NCBI RefSeq assembly: GCF_000012545.1
Contig: NC_007681.1
Coordinates: forward strand, 60,001 to 92,000
Direction of reading: 5' to 3'
DNA: 32,000 nt
Source: Methanosphaera stadtmanae DSM 3091
GTDB taxonomy: Archaea; Methanobacteriota; Methanobacteria; Methanobacteriales; Methanobacteriaceae
The notes under the pieces were generated by a model. The model was not told the DNA's origin. It searched no databases and saw only the letters and a program-made list of their open reading frames with translations. Position numbers and translations under genes: made by a program. Each line of letters opens with the position of its first letter. Position 1 is the first letter of the stretch. Below, one piece after another: positions 26,461 through 32,000 of the stretch.

Positions 26461-26550
26461 TAACAAAAATATTTATTGTTATAAATTTATTATTTATTAT
26501 ATATATTATAGAATTCATAGAATTTATCAACTAGAAGGAGAATAAAAATA

Positions 26551-27438
26551 ATGATACATGGAACAAAAGTATTAAAAGAAGGATTCGCTAAAATGACAAA
26601 AGGCGGAGTTATTATGGATGTAGTAAATGCAGAACAAGCAGCTATAGCTGAAGATGCAGGAGCAGTATCTGTAATGGCTTTAGAAAGAGTACCATCTGAT
26701 ATAAGAAAAGCTGGTGGAGTAGCAAGAATGGCTGATCCATCAAAAGTAATTGAAATTATGGATGCAGTAGATATTCCTGTAATGGCAAAAGTAAGAATTG
26801 GTCACTTTGTAGAAGCACAAGTACTCCAATCATTAGGAGTAGATATGATAGATGAAAGTGAAGTATTAACACAAGCAGATGAAGACTTCCATATAGACAA
26901 AGAACAATTCACAATTCCATTTGTATGTGGGGCAAGAGACCTTGGAGAAGCTCTAAGAAGAGTAGATGAAGGGGCAGCAATGATAAGAACCAAAGGTGAA
27001 GCTGGTACTGGAAATGTTGTAGAAGCAGTAAGACACATGAGAACAATTCAAGGTGCTATAAGAGAAATTGAAAATAAAACAGAAGAAGAATTATGGCAAG
27101 TAGCTCGTGAAATTAATGCACCAAGAGAATTAGTAAAATTAACAGCAGAAAAAGGAAGAATTCCTGTAGTTAACTTCTCAGCAGGTGGAATAGCAACACC
27201 AGCAGATGCAGCATTAATGATGCAATTAGGAGCAGATGGAGTATTTGTAGGTTCAGGTATTTTCAAATCAGAAAACCCGGAACTTGTAGCAAAAGCAGTA
27301 GTTGAAGCAACAGCTCACTATGAAGATGCAGATTTAATTGCAGATGTATCAACTGATTTAGGTGCAGCAATGCCTGGTATTGATATTAATGAAATACCAG
27401 AAGAAGAAAGATTACAAAACAGAGGAAACTTAATATAA
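26551..27438 (+). CDS. pdxS: Pyridoxal 5'-phosphate synthase, lyase subunit PdxS
   Basis: 295-aa ORF with an AGGAG SD 10 nt upstream. Near-invariant PdxS blocks are present: [25 protein letters not shown]-type (here [25 protein letters not shown]), [41 protein letters not shown] and [29 protein letters not shown]. Confidence 0.95.
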   Translation: MIHGTKVLKEGFAKMTKGGVIMDVVNAEQAAIAEDAGAVSVMALERVPSDIRKAGGVARMADPSKVIEIMDAVDIPVMAKVRIGHFVEAQVLQSLGVDMIDESEVLTQADEDFHIDKEQFTIPFVCGARDLGEALRRVDEGAAMIRTKGEAGTGNVVEAVRHMRTIQGAIREIENKTEEELWQVAREINAPRELVKLTAEKGRIPVVNFSAGGIATPADAALMMQLGADGVFVGSGIFKSENPELVAKAVVEATAHYEDADLIADVSTDLGAAMPGIDINEIPEEERLQNRGNLI

Positions 27439-27451
27439 GTTCTCTTCTTTA

Positions 27452-27483
27452 TTTTTCTTTATAAATAAAATACTATTTTTTTT
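27452..27483 (+). terminator. Oligo-T tracts downstream of pdxS (T5 at 27452-27456, T8 at 27476-27483); candidate archaeal intrinsic terminator
   Basis: Archaeal RNA polymerase terminates at oligo-dT runs. These are the first such runs after the pdxS stop (27436-27438). No experimental support. Confidence 0.3.
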
Positions 27484-27528
27484 ATATAACTTAGGAGATT
27501 ATATATTTAATATTCAAGAGGTGAAGTT

Positions 27529-28194
27529 GTGGATAAAAATATTGAAAACACACTCATACTTAAAGATGAACATATTAAGTATATAAAAACATCAGATAGA
27601 CTTAGAATAATTAGAAAGAATATTCCCCAAGGAAATATCACTATAAAAACATTGGTTGATACTCTCATAAATGAAGGAGTCTATCTCTTAATAATAATAT
27701 TAGTAGCTCCATTCTTATTTCCAGTATCTATTCCAGGGAGTAGTACACCATTTGGCGTGTTAATAATATTACTTAATTTTTCAATACTCTCTAATGGACA
27801 TTTACATCTACCAAAATTCATATCAAAGCAAGTATTAACTACAGAAACTATTGATAAATTCTTTGATATATTACATAAGGCATTAAGTTATGTGGAATTA
27901 ATATCAAAGCCAAGGGGTAAACTAGTAACAAACAAGCATATTCTTAAAATTAATGCAGTAATAACGATTATTTTAGCATTTTTATTGTTTCTACCACTAC
28001 CTATTCCATTTACAGATTTCATACCGAGTGTAGCAATACTGTTGTTGGCAGTAAGTAGTTTAGAAAATGATTCCTATCTAATGATAATAGGATATGTTGC
28101 AACTGTTATTACATTAGCTTACTTCTATTCAGTAGGTTATATTGGGGTTGAAATAATTCGTGCTGTGCTAAATACTATTTTAGCATATATTTAA
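27529..28194 (+). CDS. ExoD-family (exopolysaccharide synthesis) membrane protein
   Basis: 221-aa ORF with a GTG start preceded by an AGAGGTGA SD. It shows the ExoD-like pattern: a regulatory-looking N-terminus, then LLIIILVAPFLFPVSIPGSSTPFGVLIILLNFSIL...LHLPKFI, and further TM helices. Confidence 0.65.
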   Translation: MDKNIENTLILKDEHIKYIKTSDRLRIIRKNIPQGNITIKTLVDTLINEGVYLLIIILVAPFLFPVSIPGSSTPFGVLIILLNFSILSNGHLHLPKFISKQVLTTETIDKFFDILHKALSYVELISKPRGKLVTNKHILKINAVITIILAFLLFLPLPIPFTDFIPSVAILLLAVSSLENDSYLMIIGYVATVITLAYFYSVGYIGVEIIRAVLNTILAYI

Positions 28195-28223
28195 AAAAAA
28201 TAGAGGATGTTTATAGAAAAAAA

Positions 28224-29543
28224 TTAATTTTTTCTTTTACCTTTTGGTCTAGGAATTACTTTATGTTCATTATTAGATGTGGTTCTATTGATTTCATCTA
28301 ATTTTTCTTTCCATCCTTGTCTTTTAATACCTTCAGAATTAAAGCTAATCTTTTGTGTTGACTGTTTTTCTTTTCTTATGTATGGTGTTTTTTCATTGTT
28401 ATGAATAACTTTAATGTTCTGATTTTTAGATACTTTTGGAGCTTCATGAATCTTATTTTCTTTTTTCATATTGTTTGCAGAATTCACATTCATATCAAAT
28501 ACTTTTTTAGGTTTGATATCTTCAGGTTTTGGATCTTGTGTATCTTCATGTTCTACTACAATATCATCAAATTCTGTAACATTATCTATTGAATGTTCTA
28601 ATACTATATCATCTGCACTAGAAGTGTTATGTTCTATTATTATTTCATCACTTGCAGTTTCAGCTTTAGTATTTACCTCATCAACAGTATCATTTTCATC
28701 TAACATAACTGTATCTATACTTTCATTTGTTGTGTTATCAATGTAATCATGATTTATGATTATGTTATCTGTATTATCTTCTGGTGTATCCGGGATTATA
28801 TCTTCACTTCTATCTATTACAATTTCTTCAGATGTATCTGGAGTTATTTGTTCTGTTGTATTATCAATTATATCTTCTTTTATATTGATATATGGCATAT
28901 CTGATGTAGAGTACATATTAGGTTTTGGTTTTGTTTGTTCAACATTTGCCTTTTTTGGATGAAATGTTCTTAGTATAGTGTCTTTTAACATACCTAATGA
29001 ACTTTTTACTTGTTTTTCTGATTGTTCTTTTACATTTTTAACTGGATTAGTATCTATTTTTGAGCCAATTCCAAAGAAACTATCTTGACTCATTTCATTT
29101 CTTGTATTTTGTAATGAGTCCATTTCTTCTATTTCTCTTGAAACATCATTAAATGGTTCTTCTGTATGTTTTATATAGTTTTTTAACCAACCATTTAATG
29201 GATATTCATTTAATCTGTTTAATGGAATCCATTCAAAGTTTTCATAATTATTTGATAGTAATAATTCTCCATTTAATATATGTCCAGTCATTATTACATG
29301 TATTTCTTTTACACTATGTGTTACATAGTTTGTTACTCCAATTATCTTTCCAGGATAAACATAATATCCTATTTCCTTTGGTATTCTATTTATAACAACT
29401 TCATCAAAACTATCATCATTTGTTAAAACAGCACCTGGAAGATCCCATCTTGATTTTCTATCCTCACGTTTTTCTTTAAGAAGTAGGATTTTACCCTCAT
29501 CATTACTTACGACGGTTTTTACATACATTTTAAATGTTTTCAT
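28224..29543 (-). CDS. Nudix-fold domain protein with a degenerate Nudix box, fused to a long acidic low-complexity region and a basic tail
   Basis: 439-aa ORF. Residues 1-130 look like a Nudix fold (VVSNDEGKILLLKEK...RWDLPGAVL...FEWIPLNRL). Residues about 210-330 are D/E/I/T-rich with loosely repeated I-[IV]-x-[DE]-H / D-N-T-T units. The C-terminus is K/R-rich (RPKGKRKN). Confidence 0.6.
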   Translation of the reverse strand: MKTFKMYVKTVVSNDEGKILLLKEKREDRKSRWDLPGAVLTNDDSFDEVVINRIPKEIGYYVYPGKIIGVTNYVTHSVKEIHVIMTGHILNGELLLSNNYENFEWIPLNRLNEYPLNGWLKNYIKHTEEPFNDVSREIEEMDSLQNTRNEMSQDSFFGIGSKIDTNPVKNVKEQSEKQVKSSLGMLKDTILRTFHPKKANVEQTKPKPNMYSTSDMPYINIKEDIIDNTTEQITPDTSEEIVIDRSEDIIPDTPEDNTDNIIINHDYIDNTTNESIDTVMLDENDTVDEVNTKAETASDEIIIEHNTSSADDIVLEHSIDNVTEFDDIVVEHEDTQDPKPEDIKPKKVFDMNVNSANNMKKENKIHEAPKVSKNQNIKVIHNNEKTPYIRKEKQSTQKISFNSEGIKRQGWKEKLDEINRTTSNNEHKVIPRPKGKRKN

Positions 29544-29933
29544 TGTATAAACATCCTATTGTTTTATTTAAACTTCATTTTTAATTTCTATTAACTATTA
29601 TACTCTAAGTTTAAATCTCTATTGATAATAATGTATATAATTACTAAGTATTATTTATTAGTATTTTTTGATATGGAAAATAAGTTTTCTATTAAACTCT
29701 TAGTAAAATCATAAATTGTAATAATATATAAATAAAATTAATATTTATAACCAAATCAGTTATGAAGATATATTGTGTAGATGAAATTAAAAAAAATAAC
29801 AATACTTATTATAAGAGTAGGGTGTAGCTATTTTAAGTTTACTTGGATTATATGCTAAGAAATTACATCAGAGGTTATATATGTAAAATAAGTGGTTAAA
29901 CTCTAAAAAATAATAAAAAAATAGAAGTGGAGG

Positions 29934-30563
29934 TTATTGTGTTACATTAGCTTGCGTATTTGTGTTGTTTGCAATGTTTTGTTTTTCAAGTTGACCATAA
30001 TATGCACTATCTAAGTTAAGATCATGAAGTTTCTTATTTAAATCAGGATTTTGATCTAAAAATGTTTTTATATCGTTATATACTTGATTTAACTCTGTTG
30101 ATGACTGTGCATTGTCAGAACTTGCTTGATTTATCGTATTTTGTGCATCAAGAGCAGTTTTTTCTCCTTTAACATATTGTGATAATGCATTTAAGAGTGT
30201 TACTGTAGCATTAAGATTTTTAGATTCTAGTTGAACTCTCTTCATTTGTAAGTCAATGTATTGTTTTTCAGTGTCATTATTGGTATTTGTCTTAGTTTCA
30301 TTAAGACGTAATAATTCTTCTGAATATTTTGGTGTTATTTGATTGTTTATTGTATGTATTAATGTATCTGCATCAGTACTATTTTGTTGATTGATTTGAT
30401 TTGTTGTACTTGCTATTTCTGTTTCAACAGCACTTGCATTTTGCAAGGTTTTATTGAAGTTTTCAGATAATAAAGTACTTTGATATGATTCATATTGTGG
30501 TATTGCTATGATTAAAGCAACTAAAATTACTGCAATAATACCAATAATCATCTTTTTGTTCAT
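29934..30563 (-). CDS. Membrane-anchored Q/N/T-rich coiled-coil-like protein, function unknown
   Basis: 209-aa ORF with an N-terminal signal-anchor (MIIGIIAVILVALIIAIP). The rest is hydrophilic, helical-looking sequence with eight N-x-S/T sequons. I recognised no family. Confidence 0.5.
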   Translation of the reverse strand: MNKKMIIGIIAVILVALIIAIPQYESYQSTLLSENFNKTLQNASAVETEIASTTNQINQQNSTDADTLIHTINNQITPKYSEELLRLNETKTNTNNDTEKQYIDLQMKRVQLESKNLNATVTLLNALSQYVKGEKTALDAQNTINQASSDNAQSSTELNQVYNDIKTFLDQNPDLNKKLHDLNLDSAYYGQLEKQNIANNTNTQANVTQ

Positions 30564-30826
30564 TATCTCACCTTTTATTATTTTATTTTTTATATTTGTT
30601 TATTATAACTTAACTAATTATAGTATAATATTATTATTTTTAAAAAGTTTTTTTCTAAAGTTTTATTAATTGTGAAGTTAATAGTATAATTATATTAATA
30701 ATTGTATATTTAATTAGATAAGGGTAAATGTTTTTTAATTTTATTTTTTTTTTCTATAGATAATTAAATTGGATCAAATTTAAAAATAAGGTAACAAAAA
30801 TTAACTTAAAATATTAAGGTGAAGTT

Positions 30827-32000
30827 ATGGACGATAATCAAGAGGATTCACGACTTGAAATGTCACAACAAAATAAACAAATAATACAACAAGTCTTTGA
30901 ATTAGAATTAGATGGTCATAAAGATGCAAGAGAGTTATATAAAGAAGAAATAGCAGGATTTTTAATTAAAACAGATGATGGATCCTATACTTTATCATCA
31001 GAAAAACGTTCTGATGGTATAGAGACATTACATAGTACTTTTGGTGCACGTACAGAGGCATTTGAAAAATTTGCAATTCCATCTAAACTTAAAGAAAAAG
31101 CAGAATCAAGAAAAATTATACGGGTTTTAGATATATGTAGTGGTATTGGATATAATGTATCAGCATTACTTGACTATTTAAATGATAGTGATGTTGTAAT
31201 AGAAGTTGATATGGTTGAATCCTCTTTAGAAACATTGGCAACTACCCTTTTTATTCCAGATATATGTAAATCCCATGGTTTTGTTAAGAAAACAATAGAA
31301 CTTTACTTAATAGAAAATGGTTATCTACAGTATAATAAAGTTCTAAGTGACATTCCCTCAAATATTAAATTAAATATTCATGTCTGTGATGCACGTGATT
31401 TTTTAAAAGAAAATGCAAATAAAGAGTATGATGCAGTATTTTTAGATCCATTTAGTCCAGCTAAATGTCCGGAATTATATACTGTTGATTTTTTCAATAA
31501 ATTAAAAGAATTCTTAACAACAACTTCTCTTATATTAACATATACAGCTGCAAGTGCAGTTAGAAGTGCTATGATTAAGGTAGGTTTACATGTTGGTGAA
31601 GGTCCACAGTTTCATAGAAGTGGTGGAACAATAGCTTCAAAATGTTTTGACTTGTTAGATAAACCCTTAGCATTTGGTGATGAGAAGGTTATAGCTTTAA
31701 GTGATGTTGGAGTTCCATATATGGATCCTGATTTATCTGATGATTATAACACAATAATTGCAAGAAGACAATCTATACGTAGTAAGATTAGAGGAGTATC
31801 TGTATTTCCATCTTCAAGTAAACTTCCACGTTATCTTGGAATTGATCCTATGGAGATTGAAGATGAAACATTACGTGATAAATTAAATGGTTATGTTCAA
31901 AATATGGGATTTGAAGCATTAAATGATCCAAGAATTTTAAGTATGTTGGATATAGATAGAAATGCACCTAGTAAGAATCAGGTTCTTGAATTAGAGCAGA
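30827..32000 (+). CDS. MnmC-like (DUF752) SAM-dependent methyltransferase with a C-terminal extension; 3' end outside the window
   Basis: This ORF is not in the supplied track because it has no stop in the window. I translated it by hand from ATG 30827 (AAGGTGA SD upstream) and it stays open to the window end, at least 391 codons. Motifs are DGSYTLSS...ETLHSTFGARTEAFEKF, VLDICSGIGYN (SAM motif I) and YDAVFLDPFSPAKCPELYTVDFF, which is the hallmark of the MnmC methyltransferase domain. Confidence 0.7.
   Translation, partial: MDDNQEDSRLEMSQQNKQIIQQVFELELDGHKDARELYKEEIAGFLIKTDDGSYTLSSEKRSDGIETLHSTFGARTEAFEKFAIPSKLKEKAESRKIIRVLDICSGIGYNVSALLDYLNDSDVVIEVDMVESSLETLATTLFIPDICKSHGFVKKTIELYLIENGYLQYNKVLSDIPSNIKLNIHVCDARDFLKENANKEYDAVFLDPFSPAKCPELYTVDFFNKLKEFLTTTSLILTYTAASAVRSAMIKVGLHVGEGPQFHRSGGTIASKCFDLLDKPLAFGDEKVIALSDVGVPYMDPDLSDDYNTIIARRQSIRSKIRGVSVFPSSSKLPRYLGIDPMEIEDETLRDKLNGYVQNMGFEALNDPRILSMLDIDRNAPSKNQVLELEQ

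Noticed and set aside
26460-26482. Hairpin ATAACAA-(9 nt)-TTGTTAT immediately after the kinase stop, considered as a terminator
   Set aside because: The stem is only 7 bp with a single G-C pair and is not followed by a clear oligo-T run. That is too weak to call, and archaeal termination does not require hairpins.
26802-27266. Two minus-strand ORFs (78 and 72 aa) antisense to pdxS
   Set aside because: pdxS is one of the most confident calls in the window. Its Ala/Gly/Glu-rich codons leave the antisense frame free of stops by chance.
26551-27438. Visibly higher G+C in pdxS than in the surrounding DNA, considered as a horizontal-transfer signal
   Set aside because: The bias follows from the Ala/Gly/Val-rich, highly conserved protein sequence and probably from high expression. 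The flanking SD and intergenic style match the rest of the window.
28401-29395. Four plus-strand ORFs antisense to the Nudix/acidic-tail gene
   Set aside because: These Ser/Ile-rich products are the mirror image of the D/E/I-rich repeats on the coding strand. They have no SD and no motif.
1-32000. Scan for tRNA/rRNA genes, CRISPR repeats, IS elements, integrases and terminal inverted repeats flanking the island
   Set aside because: No G+C-rich structured segments, no regularly spaced direct repeats and no transposase- or integrase-like ORFs were seen by eye. This absence should be confirmed with tRNAscan-SE, Infernal, CRISPR finders and ISfinder searches.

Overview
This is a very AT-rich archaeal window; by eye G+C is well under about 35%, but I did not compute it. 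An Ftr-family formyltransferase, Shine-Dalgarno motifs of the GGAGGTGA type, and DUF1616-like and DUF2206-like membrane proteins point to a Methanobacteriales methanogen (Methanosphaera/Methanobrevibacter-like). That assignment is inference only. Positions 229-23472 form one large, almost entirely minus-strand surface-glycan biosynthesis island. It holds seven GT-B/GT4 and two GT-A/GT2 glycosyltransferases, a 796-aa polytopic membrane protein, two Wzx/MOP flippases and a UDP-galactopyranose mutase. It also holds a hexapeptide O-acetyltransferase, a LicD phosphotransferase, a SAM methyltransferase, two nucleotide-sugar epimerase/dehydratases and an embedded wHTH plus V4R-like regulator. Two plus-strand interruptions break the island: a 0.9-kb gap with two frameshifted mini-ORFs, and the methyltransferase/LicD/regulator block. 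To the right lie a tightly spaced HAD-like / Ftr-like / PfkB-kinase trio, which I recall resembles ehaR-ehaS-ehaT of Methanothermobacter but here lacks hydrogenase genes. These are followed by pdxS, an ExoD-family membrane protein, a degenerate-Nudix protein with a long acidic tail, a membrane-anchored coiled-coil protein and a 3'-truncated MnmC/DUF752-like methyltransferase. I saw no tRNA, rRNA, CRISPR array, transposase or integrase. The best candidates for novel biology are the glycan island itself, especially the DUF2206-like protein as its missing polymerase/ligase and the LicD and Galf chemistry in an archaeon, and the orphan HAD/Ftr/kinase trio. All family calls come from motif recognition by eye; no searches were run.
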